The notes under the pieces are model-generated. The model was given only the letters and a program-made list of their open reading frames with translations, had not been told where the DNA came from and made no database searches. A DNA stretch of 64,000 bases from Longimicrobiales bacterium (GTDB lineage Bacteria > Gemmatimonadota > Gemmatimonadetes > Longimicrobiales > Gaopeijiaceae), in the NCBI GenBank assembly GCA_041690395.1, contig JAWLHJ010000005.1, positions 480,001 through 544,000 of the forward strand, given 5' to 3'. Made by a program: the position numbers and the translations under genes. This document shows, piece after piece, positions 18,326-27,243 of this stretch (position 1 is the stretch's first letter; each line of letters starts with the position of its first letter).

Positions 18326-19228
18326 GTGACGACTGACACCCAAACCCACTGGCTCGTATCGGCGGCCCGCTCGCTCGAGCTCGAGCACGCCGACACCCTG
18401 GAGGCCCGGAGCGGCGAGAAGCTCGCCGACGTCTGGAGCCGGGTGGTGGAGGCCACGGGCGTGTCCGACGCCGAGCTGACCGAGCTCCTGGCGGAGCGCT
18501 ACCTCATGGGCGTCGCCGACCTCGCCTCGGCGGAACAGTACGCGACGCGACTCGTGCCGGCGATCGTGGCGGTCAAGTATCAGGTGCTCCCTCTCCGGTA
18601 TACCGACCGGACGCTCGACGTGGCGACCGCCGATCCGCACGACGTCGATGCCGAGCGCGAGGTATCACGGCTCGCGACCCGCGCCGTCCGGTTCGAGCTG
18701 GCGCCGCCCGCGGCGATCCGGGAGGCGTTGGGCAACGCCTACGTCGGGTCGGGCCAGCCGCGTCCGGCGGGGGAGGCGCGCTTGCCCGAGCGCTCCGGAG
18801 GGGCGACCCCGGCAGCCACGCCGGCCGCTTCGGAGCACGACGACCGTACCCACGTCCTGGTGGTCGACGACGATCCGGAAACGGCCACGCTCCTGGAGTC
18901 GTTCCTGGTCGGTAAAGGGTTCCGGGTGACGCCGGTTCCCGACGGACCGCGTGCGCTGGAGGCGCTGAAGGCGGATCCATCCATCGATGCGGTCTCGCTG
19001 GACTACTACATGCACCCGATGAACGGGCTGAAGGTGCTCCAGGCGATCCGCTCGAAGCCGGCCTTCGACCACTTGCCGGTCGTCGTGCTCACGAGCTCGG
19101 AGGACCGCAACATCGAGATGAGCCTCTTCGAGGCGGGCGCGGACGACTACGTCGTGAAGCCCCTCGATCCTCCGCGGTACTTCCTGCGGCTTCGTGCCGT
19201 GCTGCGGAGGCGGAACGGGGGGAGTTGA
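18326..19228 (+). CDS. GspE/PilB N-terminal (T2SSE_N-like) domain fused to a C-terminal receiver domain
   Basis: RLVPAIVAVKYQVLPL...LDVATADPHD (T2SSE_N-like); HVLVVDDD...LDYYMHPMNG...GADDYVVKP (REC). Confidence 0.8.
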   Translation: MTTDTQTHWLVSAARSLELEHADTLEARSGEKLADVWSRVVEATGVSDAELTELLAERYLMGVADLASAEQYATRLVPAIVAVKYQVLPLRYTDRTLDVATADPHDVDAEREVSRLATRAVRFELAPPAAIREALGNAYVGSGQPRPAGEARLPERSGGATPAATPAASEHDDRTHVLVVDDDPETATLLESFLVGKGFRVTPVPDGPRALEALKADPSIDAVSLDYYMHPMNGLKVLQAIRSKPAFDHLPVVVLTSSEDRNIEMSLFEAGADDYVVKPLDPPRYFLRLRAVLRRRNGGS

Positions 19229-19262
19229 CGGCCGTGCGGACCCGCGAGGCCTCGTAGGACCC

Positions 19263-19667
19263 GTGCCTTACGCGCTGCTGGCGGATCTGGTGCTCGTGGG
19301 GCACCTGGCCTTCATCCTCTTCGTGGTCTTCGGCGGCCTCCTGGTCGTGCGCTGGCCGCGCGCGGCTTGGCTGCACCTGCCGGTCCTCGCCTGGGGTGTC
19401 TGGATCGAGCTGACCGGAGGGGTCTGCCCGCTCACCCCACTCGAGAACCGGTTCAGAAGGGCCGCGGGCGGGGCGGGGTACGAGGCGACCTTCATCGAGC
19501 ACTACATCGTTCCGCTCATCTATCCGCCCGGACTGACCCACGGTGCCCAGCTCGTACTCGGCGTGGCGCTGATCGTGTGGAGCGCGGGGGTGTACGGATG
19601 GGCCATCCACCGATGGAGACGTGGACGGATGTCCGAAGCGCATACCGATGAGGGACCGAGGCGATGA
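19263..19667 (+). CDS. DUF2784 family membrane protein
   Basis: LADLVLVGHLAFILFVVFGG...CPLTPLENRFR...FIEHYIVPLIYP. Confidence 0.85.
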   Translation: MPYALLADLVLVGHLAFILFVVFGGLLVVRWPRAAWLHLPVLAWGVWIELTGGVCPLTPLENRFRRAAGGAGYEATFIEHYIVPLIYPPGLTHGAQLVLGVALIVWSAGVYGWAIHRWRRGRMSEAHTDEGPRR

Positions 19668-19694
19668 CCAACGAGGCGAGGAGCGACCGAGACC

Positions 19695-20210
19695 ATGGGT
19701 AACCGAGACGGGCGTCGTGCTGGTGTCGACGCGGACCTCTTCCGGGATGCCATGGCTCGCTGGGCATCGACCGTCACGGTGGTCGCCGCGCGGGACCCCG
19801 ACGACGGCCGGGTGCGCGCCACCACCGCGACGTCGTTCGCGCCCGTGTCGGCCGAGCCGCCCGAGGTCGTCGTCTCGCTGAACCCGAGCGCCCAGGTCCT
19901 GCCGTTCATCGAGGAGGGCGGCGTCGTGGGGATCAGCCTGCTCGCGGCCGACCAGCGGCGGTGGGCCCGCCTGTTCGCCGACTCCTACCCGGCGGGGCCG
20001 AGCCCCTGGCCGGCGGAAGGGGTGCCGCTCCTCCCCGGCTCCCTCGCAGGGCTGGCCTGCTCCGTGCAGGCGATCCACCCGACGGAGGGACGGAGCCGCC
20101 TCGTCGTGGCTCGGCTCGAGGACGTCGTGCTGGGCGACGGCGTGGAGCCGCTCCTGTACGCGGACAGGACCTACCGGGTCCTGTCTCCGACGGGCCATGA
20201 GGGCGGGTGA
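19695..20210 (+). CDS. Flavin reductase-like protein
   Basis: FRDAMARWASTVTVV...TATSFAPVSAEPP...PLLYADRTY. Confidence 0.85.
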   Translation: MGNRDGRRAGVDADLFRDAMARWASTVTVVAARDPDDGRVRATTATSFAPVSAEPPEVVVSLNPSAQVLPFIEEGGVVGISLLAADQRRWARLFADSYPAGPSPWPAEGVPLLPGSLAGLACSVQAIHPTEGRSRLVVARLEDVVLGDGVEPLLYADRTYRVLSPTGHEGG

Positions 20211-20247
20211 GCTCGTAAGGCATTGTCCTGAAACATTTTGCGTGGTC

Positions 20248-20754
20248 ATGGGTAGGATCGGGAGTCGGCATTTCAGCCACACCCACCACTCCGGGAGGAC
20301 CACCATCCCGCACGCATCGAACCGCATCGTCCGATTCGCCGGAGCGCTCGTCGTCCTGGGCGCGGCCCTCGTCCTCTCTCCGGAGGGGTCCAGCGCGCAG
20401 GACGCGATCGATGCCTCCCTGCCCACGGATTCGGTCACCGGGACCGTGGTCGAGCGGTTCGCCGAGGGGTTCCTCCTTCGGAGCGACGAAGGTGAGGAGT
20501 ACGCGTTCGAGATCCTGCCGGACACCGTGCAGGAGCGCCGGGAGCCGCGCGCCGACTCGGCACGGCAGGATGGCCCGGCCGTGCCGCACGCGACCGTCAT
20601 GGAGAGCCGCGAGATCCGCTTCATTCTCCAGCAGCTCGAGGCCTCCGACGAGCGCGACCGGATGCACGTGCACTACGTCACGCTCGGAGACGTGGAGCCG
20701 CGCAGGATCGCCATCTGGGTGTCGATCTCGCAGGACCGGGTGCCGGGAGGCTGA
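20248..20754 (+). CDS. Hypothetical secreted protein; start uncertain (ATG 20248 or non-canonical ATC 20305)
   Basis: Signal peptide FAGALVVLGAALVL...SSAQ followed by an acidic beta-rich domain. Confidence 0.55.
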   Translation: MGRIGSRHFSHTHHSGRTTIPHASNRIVRFAGALVVLGAALVLSPEGSSAQDAIDASLPTDSVTGTVVERFAEGFLLRSDEGEEYAFEILPDTVQERREPRADSARQDGPAVPHATVMESREIRFILQQLEASDERDRMHVHYVTLGDVEPRRIAIWVSISQDRVPGG

Positions 20755-20802
20755 GCCACGCGGCGGTGACCGAGGGCGGCCGGTCCACTAGATTCCGCCC
20801 CC

Positions 20803-22812
20803 ATGATCTCCGTATCCAATCTCGAAAAGTCGTTCGGCGACCGGACCCTGTTCCGCGACGCCTCCTTTCAGCTGAACCCCGGCGAGCGCTACGGTCTCGT
20901 GGGCGCCAACGGGTCGGGCAAGACGACCCTGCTCGGCATCCTGACGGGAGACGGTGACGCGACGTCCGGCCAGGTGTCGATTCCGAAGGCCGCGCGCCTC
21001 GGCGTCCTCCGACAGGACCAGTTCCTATACGAGGACCAGCAGGTGATCGGCGTGGCCCTCATGGGCAACCCCGAGCTGTGGGAAGCGATGCTCGAGAAGG
21101 AGAAGATCCTCGAGAACGCGGGCGAGGACTTCGACGCCGAGCGCTTCAGCGAGCTCGAGGAGACGGTGCAGCGCCACGACGGATACACGGCCGAAGCGCG
21201 CGCCGCCGCGATCCTGGAGGGGCTCGGCCTCCCCGCGGAGGTGCACAGGGATCCGCTCTCGACGCTCTCCGGCGGCTTCAAGCTCCGCGTGCTGCTGGCC
21301 CAGGTGCTCGCGAGCAACCCCGACGTGCTCCTCCTCGACGAGCCGACCAACCACCTCGACATCCTGTCGATCCGGTGGCTGGAGAAGTTCCTGCAGGCCT
21401 TCACCGGGCCCGTCGTGGTCATCTCCCACGACCACCGCTTCCTGGACAACGTCTCGACGCACATCCTCGACGTCGACTATCAGACGGTGACCCTCTACAA
21501 GGGGAATTACACGTCGTTCGTCGAGCAGAAGAAGGAAGACCGCGAGCGGCGCGAGAAGGAGATCGAGGGACGCGAGAAGGAGATCGCGCACCACCAGAAG
21601 TTCGTGGATCGCTTCCGGGCGAAGGCGAGCAAGGCGCGCCAGGCGCAGAGCAAGCTGCGCATGATCGAGAAGAAGGCCGACGAGCTCGACGAGCTCCCGG
21701 GAAGCTCTCGCCGGTACCCGAAGTTCCGCTTCGAGCAGCGCCGTCCGAGCGGCAAGGAGGTCCTCAAGGTCAAGGGGATTCGCAAGTCGTTCGAGGACAA
21801 CGAGGTGCTCCACGGCGTGGACCTGGAGGTCCGGCGCGGCGACCGCCTCGTCATCATGGGCCCGAACGGCATCGGAAAGTCCACGCTCCTCAAGATCGTG
21901 ATGGGAAAGCTCGAGGCCGACGCCGGCGAGGTCGAGTGGGGATACGAGACGCACCCGGGCTACTTCGCCCAGGACCACAAGGAGCAGGTCGAGGAATCCG
22001 ACCGGACCGCGGAGGCGTGGCTCTGGGACTTCTGTCCGGACAAGGACCGGGGCTTCGTGCGCGGGCACATGGGGCTCATGCTCTTCTCCGGAGACGACGG
22101 CGCGAAGCGGCTGAGCAGCCTGTCGGGTGGCGAGGCGGCACGGCTCGTCTTCGCCAAGATCCAGCTCGAGCGCCCGAACGTGCTGGTGCTGGACGAGCCG
22201 ACCAACCACCTGGACCTCGAGTCGATCGAGGCGCTCGTGCATGGGCTGAAGAACTACGACGGCACCCTCATCCTGGTCTCACACGACCGCTGGTTCGTGG
22301 GCGAGTTGGCGACCCGCGTGGTCGAGATCCGGGCGGACGGCATCCGCGACTACCAGGGGACGTACGAGGAGTACGTGCAGGCGTGCGGCGACGACCACCT
22401 CGACGCCGAGAGCGTGGTGCTCAAGGCCAAGAAGGAGGGGCGGGATCGCAGAGCCGGGAAGTCCGAGGGTCAGGGCGGACGATCGGGCCGGGGGAACGGG
22501 GCCTCGGCCGCGGGCGCGTCCAGCGGTCGTCCTGACGAGCGCGCGCGCGTCGATCCGAGAATCGAGCGCGGGCGGCTGGAGCGGCGCCGTGACGAGATCA
22601 CCGCCGAGCTCGAGGAAGCCGAGGGCAGGGTGGCGGAGATCGACGGGGTCTTCTGCCAACCGGGATATTACGAGAGCACGCCGGCCGAGGAGATCGCCGG
22701 GCTCGAGCAGGAGCGCGACGACGTCCAGACGCGGGTGGATGCGCTCATGGCGGAGTGGGAGAAGGTGGAGCGCGGCCTGGAGGCCCTGGTCGAGGAGCCG
22801 GCGCGGCGCTGA
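20803..22812 (+). CDS. ABC-F family ATP-binding protein (ribosome-associated, YheS/YbiT-like)
   Basis: Two NBDs (GANGSGKT, LSGG, DEPTNHLD; GPNGIGKS, LSGGE, DEPTNHLD), linker KARQAQSK, C-terminal coiled coil, no TM segments. Confidence 0.92.
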   Translation: MISVSNLEKSFGDRTLFRDASFQLNPGERYGLVGANGSGKTTLLGILTGDGDATSGQVSIPKAARLGVLRQDQFLYEDQQVIGVALMGNPELWEAMLEKEKILENAGEDFDAERFSELEETVQRHDGYTAEARAAAILEGLGLPAEVHRDPLSTLSGGFKLRVLLAQVLASNPDVLLLDEPTNHLDILSIRWLEKFLQAFTGPVVVISHDHRFLDNVSTHILDVDYQTVTLYKGNYTSFVEQKKEDRERREKEIEGREKEIAHHQKFVDRFRAKASKARQAQSKLRMIEKKADELDELPGSSRRYPKFRFEQRRPSGKEVLKVKGIRKSFEDNEVLHGVDLEVRRGDRLVIMGPNGIGKSTLLKIVMGKLEADAGEVEWGYETHPGYFAQDHKEQVEESDRTAEAWLWDFCPDKDRGFVRGHMGLMLFSGDDGAKRLSSLSGGEAARLVFAKIQLERPNVLVLDEPTNHLDLESIEALVHGLKNYDGTLILVSHDRWFVGELATRVVEIRADGIRDYQGTYEEYVQACGDDHLDAESVVLKAKKEGRDRRAGKSEGQGGRSGRGNGASAAGASSGRPDERARVDPRIERGRLERRRDEITAELEEAEGRVAEIDGVFCQPGYYESTPAEEIAGLEQERDDVQTRVDALMAEWEKVERGLEALVEEPARR

Positions 22813-22851
22813 CCGATCGGCGGGTGGCTACCGGGGGGAAGGCGCGGAGGG

Positions 22852-25800
22852 CTACGAGGACCCGCTATCGGCCTCGAGCGCGGACCGCACCGAGTCCAGG
22901 AGCTGGTCCCTGGTGAAGGGCTTGCTCAGGTAGTCGGTGATGCCCGAGCGCTGCAGGAGCTCCTCCTGTTCCGATCGCTCCGAGTAGCCGGACATGATCA
23001 AGACGGGGACGGCGGGCAAACGCGCTCCGGCCAGGTCGGCCACGCCCTTCCCGTCTCCGTCGGGCAGGGAGAGATCGGTCAACACGAGATCGAACGGACC
23101 TTCCTGCTCCAGCGCCGTGGCGGCCTCTTCGACATCGCCGGCCACCACGACGTCGAATCCCGCCCGCTCGAGGACCCGACGGGTGACGGCCCGTACGCCC
23201 GGCTCGTCGTCGACCACCAGGATGGTGCTCGGCGCTTTCGGCGCATCGAGCGCTGCTGCAGTTACCGCTTCCGGAGCCCGCGGGTCGGCCGGCGCTTCGA
23301 TGTCTCCCCCTGGTGCGCGGGAGAGAGGGAACCGGAGGGAGAAGGTGCTCCCTTCGCCGAGCCGGGTCTCGACGTGGATGCCTCCGCCGCTCTGCTTCAT
23401 GAACCCGTAGGCCATGGCGAGCCCGAGGCCCGTGCCCTTCCCGGTCGGCTTGGTCGTGAAGAACGGGTCGAAGATCCGTGAGGTCGTCTCCTGGCTGATC
23501 CCGACGCCGGTGTCGGCGACGCGCAGCACCGCGTAACGCCCGGGCGTGAGACCGGGGAGCTCCGTGAGGTCCTCCGGGGCGAGCTCTTCGAGATTCGTCG
23601 AGAGGGTCAACGTGCCTCCGCCGGGCATGGCGTCCCGCGCGTTGAGCACCAGGTTGAGGACGACCTGTTGGAGCTGATCCGGGTCGACATGGACCGGCTC
23701 CACGTCTCTGTCCAGATCGTAACGCACGCGGATCCGCTCGCCTACGACTCGATCGGCCATGGGCGACACGTCCCGGACGACCTCGGCGAGTTTGACGGTA
23801 CGGGGTCGTAGCACCTGTTCTCGGCTGAACGCGAGGAGCTGACTCGTCAGGGTGGCCGCCCGGTCGGCCGCCGTTCGAATGACCTCGAGGTCGGTGGCGA
23901 TGGGCGCGTCCTCGTGCTCGAGCAGGAGGAGCTCCGCCTCCGAGCGGATGACCGTGAGGATGTTGTTGAAGTCGTGCGCGATCCCGCCCGCGAGGCGACC
24001 GACGGCCTCCATCTTCTGGACCTGGCGGAGCCGGCGCTCGAGGACGAGCCGCTCCGTGATGTCACGCGTCGTGACCACGATACCTCGGACGGCGGGGTGG
24101 TCTCGGAGGTTCCGGCCCACGGACTCGACGTCGCGGATCGTTCCGTCCTCGCGCACCAATCGGTACTCGGCCCGTCGGGTCTTCTCCGGTTGTGCCGTGA
24201 GCTCCTGCAGAAGACGCTGCACGCTGTCGACGTCTTCCGGGTGGATCAGGTCGAGGGCGTTGCGGCCGGTGAGGTCGTGCGCGGTGTACCCGGTCAGCCA
24301 CTGCACGGACGGGCTCGCGAACATGACGCGGCCGTCCGGCGCGATGACGATGACCACGTCGGTCATCTCCTCGCCGAGGACCCGGAAGCGCTCCTCGGCC
24401 ATGCGGCGGTCGGTCACGTCTTCGGCGACCCCGACGAGGCGCATGACCTTTCCGGCCTCGTTCCGGACCGGGAACGCGCGGTCGTGAATCCAACGGATCG
24501 AGCCGTCGGGACGGCGAATCCGGTAGTTCACGTCGTACGGGGCATCGGCCTGGCGCGCCGCGGCCTCCACGATGCGCGCACGGTCCTCGGCGAGGATGGC
24601 GTCCGTCCAGGTGGAAGGGTCGTCGTGGAGGCTCCCCACCGAGCGCCCCCAGATCTTCTCGTAGGCAGGGCTCACGTATTCCAGGCGCGTCTTGTCGGGG
24701 GAGGAGACCCAGAAAACGTCGTTGATGTGCTCCGCGAGCTGCCGGAAGCGCTCCTCGCTCTCGCGCAGCGCCGCCTCCGCCGCTTCGCGCCGGGTCACGT
24801 CACGCACGACGGTGACGATGCCACCGTCGAGACCCCGCTGTGGGTCGAGCAACGAGACGGTCTGCTCTGCCTGGAAGATCGTGCCGTCCACGCGGCGGAG
24901 CGTGAAGGTGGCCGAGAAGGAGGCGCCCGTCTCGAGCTGCTCCGCGGCCAGGCGGCCGAACCGCTCGAACGACTCCCGTGACGGATGGAGCGCTTCGGGG
25001 ACAAGGCCGATGAACTCGTTCCAGGAGAGGCCGAACATGCGCTCCGCGGCCGGGTTCACGTAGCGCACGCGCCGGACATCGCTCGGCGAGTCCAGGATCA
25101 CGACCGCCTCCTCCAGGCTCGCGAACGTTTGCGAGAGCATGTGGGTGGCCCGCTCGCGGGCGACGGTCTCCCCGATGGTTCGGGCGAGGTTGGATACGAG
25201 CTCACGCTCCTCGGGGAGGAAGGCATCGGACGCGCCCTCGGGCGGGTCTCCGCGGAGCACGACCTCGAGACGTCCTTCACCCTCGATATCGCCAGCCCGC
25301 ACCACCGCGGCCAGCTCGTGTCCGCCGGAGTTGCCGCCGAATCCCTCCGTCTCGACGAAGCGCTCTCCGAGCATGAGTCTCGCTTCGGTGATCTCGGGCC
25401 AGCGGAACCCGCTGGGTATCGCGTCGACGACTCTGCGTAGTCGCTCACCGAGCGTGACGTCCCGCCGGTTCATCTGGTGCCCGACCGCGTTCAGCGTCCG
25501 CAACTCCTTCACGCGCTCGCGGAGTGCGTCCTCCATGCGGATCCGCTCGCTGATGTCGGAAGTGATGCCGACTGAGCCGATGATGGTCCCGTCCTCGGCC
25601 CGGATCGGCGCGTTCGTGACGAGCGCGGGGAATGTGGAGCCGTCCCTCCGCCGCAGCTCGATCTCGCCGCTCCATCCCTGGCCCCGACTCAGGCCGGTCA
25701 TGAGCCCCTGGGCGTCGGTGCGGGTCCTGCCGGACGGCGTGATCTCGACGATGTCACGCCCGATCACCTCGTCCCGGGTCCAACCGAAGATCTCCTCGGC

Positions 25801-26298
25801 GGCCCGGTTCCAGTAGGTGACGCGCCTATCGAGGTCGGTGGCGATCACGGCCTGGCCCACGGCGTCGAGGAGGCTCGCCTGGAACCGGATCTTCCTCGCG
25901 TCATCGGCGCGCCGGGCGCGCTGGACCGCGTGGTGGATGGCGCGCTCGAGGAGGGAGGCCGTGAGGTCCCGCTTCGTCAGATAATCCGCCGCCCCGGAGC
26001 GCATCGCTTCCATGTCGAGCTCGATGGTGCCCTGGCCGGTCATCAAAATCAGGGGGGTCCCGAACGCCTGGACGGCCCGGTCGTTGAGGAAGTCCATCCC
26101 CGAGCGGGCCCCCAGCTGGTAGTCGACGAGGCACACGTCGAACGCGACCGCCTCGAGCTGCTCCAGTGCCTCCTCGTACGTTTCGGCCCGGGTTATGGAG
26201 AAGCCGGCGAAGGTGGCTTCGGAAAGCAGATCCGCGACGAGATCTGCGTCGTCCGCGTCGTCGTCGACGACCAGGACTCGAATGAGCTCTTGCGTCAC
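22852..26298 (-). CDS. Cytoplasmic hybrid histidine kinase (REC-multiPAS-HisKA-HATPase-REC)
   Basis: N-terminal REC, four PAS/PAC repeats, [37 protein letters not shown]-terminal REC. Confidence 0.92.
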   Translation of the reverse strand: MTQELIRVLVVDDDADDADLVADLLSEATFAGFSITRAETYEEALEQLEAVAFDVCLVDYQLGARSGMDFLNDRAVQAFGTPLILMTGQGTIELDMEAMRSGAADYLTKRDLTASLLERAIHHAVQRARRADDARKIRFQASLLDAVGQAVIATDLDRRVTYWNRAAEEIFGWTRDEVIGRDIVEITPSGRTRTDAQGLMTGLSRGQGWSGEIELRRRDGSTFPALVTNAPIRAEDGTIIGSVGITSDISERIRMEDALRERVKELRTLNAVGHQMNRRDVTLGERLRRVVDAIPSGFRWPEITEARLMLGERFVETEGFGGNSGGHELAAVVRAGDIEGEGRLEVVLRGDPPEGASDAFLPEERELVSNLARTIGETVARERATHMLSQTFASLEEAVVILDSPSDVRRVRYVNPAAERMFGLSWNEFIGLVPEALHPSRESFERFGRLAAEQLETGASFSATFTLRRVDGTIFQAEQTVSLLDPQRGLDGGIVTVVRDVTRREAAEAALRESEERFRQLAEHINDVFWVSSPDKTRLEYVSPAYEKIWGRSVGSLHDDPSTWTDAILAEDRARIVEAAARQADAPYDVNYRIRRPDGSIRWIHDRAFPVRNEAGKVMRLVGVAEDVTDRRMAEERFRVLGEEMTDVVIVIAPDGRVMFASPSVQWLTGYTAHDLTGRNALDLIHPEDVDSVQRLLQELTAQPEKTRRAEYRLVREDGTIRDVESVGRNLRDHPAVRGIVVTTRDITERLVLERRLRQVQKMEAVGRLAGGIAHDFNNILTVIRSEAELLLLEHEDAPIATDLEVIRTAADRAATLTSQLLAFSREQVLRPRTVKLAEVVRDVSPMADRVVGERIRVRYDLDRDVEPVHVDPDQLQQVVLNLVLNARDAMPGGGTLTLSTNLEELAPEDLTELPGLTPGRYAVLRVADTGVGISQETTSRIFDPFFTTKPTGKGTGLGLAMAYGFMKQSGGGIHVETRLGEGSTFSLRFPLSRAPGGDIEAPADPRAPEAVTAAALDAPKAPSTILVVDDEPGVRAVTRRVLERAGFDVVVAGDVEEAATALEQEGPFDLVLTDLSLPDGDGKGVADLAGARLPAVPVLIMSGYSERSEQEELLQRSGITDYLSKPFTRDQLLDSVRSALEADSGSS

Positions 26299-26301
26299 CG
26301 G

Positions 26302-26483
26302 CTACTCGGAAGTGGCGTCGCGCGGAAGCTCGAAGACCTCGAGCCAGTACCGGCCCATGGCCCGCACGGCATCGACGAGCCCTTCGAACGTGACGGGCTG
26401 GCGCACGTACGAGTTCGCGCCTGCGTCGTAGCTCCTGGCGATGTCCTCGTCAGAATGACGATGGGCTTCGGCGATGGGGTCAT
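26302..26483 (-). pseudogene. Internally deleted, frameshifted single-domain response regulator (Rcp1-like)
   Basis: ATG 26483 gives [11 protein letters not shown] (beta-1); another frame continues DEDIARSYDAGANSYVRQPVTFEGLVDAVRAMGRYWLEVFELP; the phospho-acceptor core is missing. Confidence 0.75.
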
Positions 26484-26608
26484 GCGGGCTTCCCTGGACT
26501 GTGTGGGAGCGCGAGGGTGAAGCGGCTCCCCTCGCCCGGTACTCCCTCGGCCGTGATCCATCCATTGTGATGCTCGGCGATTCTCCGACACTGCGCCAGC
26601 CCCAACCG
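26480..26608 (-). pseudogene. 3' remnant of a histidine kinase (HATPase_c end)
   Basis: Manual translation [35 protein letters not shown]...*, preceded by in-frame TAG; stop overlaps the response-regulator ATG (ATGA). Confidence 0.75.
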
Positions 26609-26775
26609 CTAGCGGTTCCACCGAGATCTGCGCTCCGGTAGTTGCCATGATACCTGCCGGTGACCTGGCGAAAGAGAAGGGGCCACGTGCGAAACGACCG
26701 CGGATACCCTATGCTACATGAGCCGACGACGTGACCGCGTCAAGCCTGCGGCTGACCGATCCGGAGTCACGCACC

Positions 26776-27243
26776 ATGCCACCGACAAGTCGTTCGACCG
26801 GGCTCGTCCTCGCCTTGGCGGCCGTCCTGGCCTTCGCCGGCACGCTGGGCTTCGTGACCGTGCATTACGCTCAGGGAACGGCCTACCTGTCGGACGACCC
26901 CACGGCCTGTACGCAGTGCCACGTCATGCAGGATCAGTTCGACTCCTGGGTTAAGGGATCGCACCACGGCGTCGCCACGTGCAACGGCTGTCACGTTCCG
27001 AAGGGTCCCGTCATGAAGTGGGTGTCGAAGGCCGACAACGGATTCTTCCACTCGTGGGCCTTCACCTTCCGGAACCATCCGGACCCGATCCGGATCAAGC
27101 CCAGGAACAGGCGCATCGCCGAAGCGAATTGCGTTCGCTGCCATGCCGACCTGACCCACGCGCTCGTCTCGGACGCCCCCGCCGGAGAGGGCGTCTCCTG
27201 CCTCCAATGCCACAAGGACGCCGGTCATGCCGCATTCCGATGA
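26776..27243 (+). CDS. nrfH: Cytochrome c nitrite reductase small subunit (tetraheme)
   Basis: TM anchor, YLSDDPTACTQCHVM; four CxxCH motifs (CTQCH, CNGCH, CVRCH, CLQCH); KADNGFFHS. Confidence 0.92.
   Translation: MPPTSRSTGLVLALAAVLAFAGTLGFVTVHYAQGTAYLSDDPTACTQCHVMQDQFDSWVKGSHHGVATCNGCHVPKGPVMKWVSKADNGFFHSWAFTFRNHPDPIRIKPRNRRIAEANCVRCHADLTHALVSDAPAGEGVSCLQCHKDAGHAAFR

Noticed and set aside
20803..22812. ABC ATPase as the missing partner of the orphan permeases
   Set aside because: It has tandem NBDs with DEPTNHLD and the ABC-F linker, so it is a translation factor and not a MacB/LolD-type ATPase.
26484..26565. ORF-track N-terminus ([16 protein letters not shown]...) as part of the response regulator
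   Set aside because: The same DNA reads convincingly as a histidine-kinase C-terminus in another frame, so the resemblance is coincidental.
26620..26775. FNR box upstream of nrfH
   Set aside because: No TTGAT-N4-ATCAA match found.
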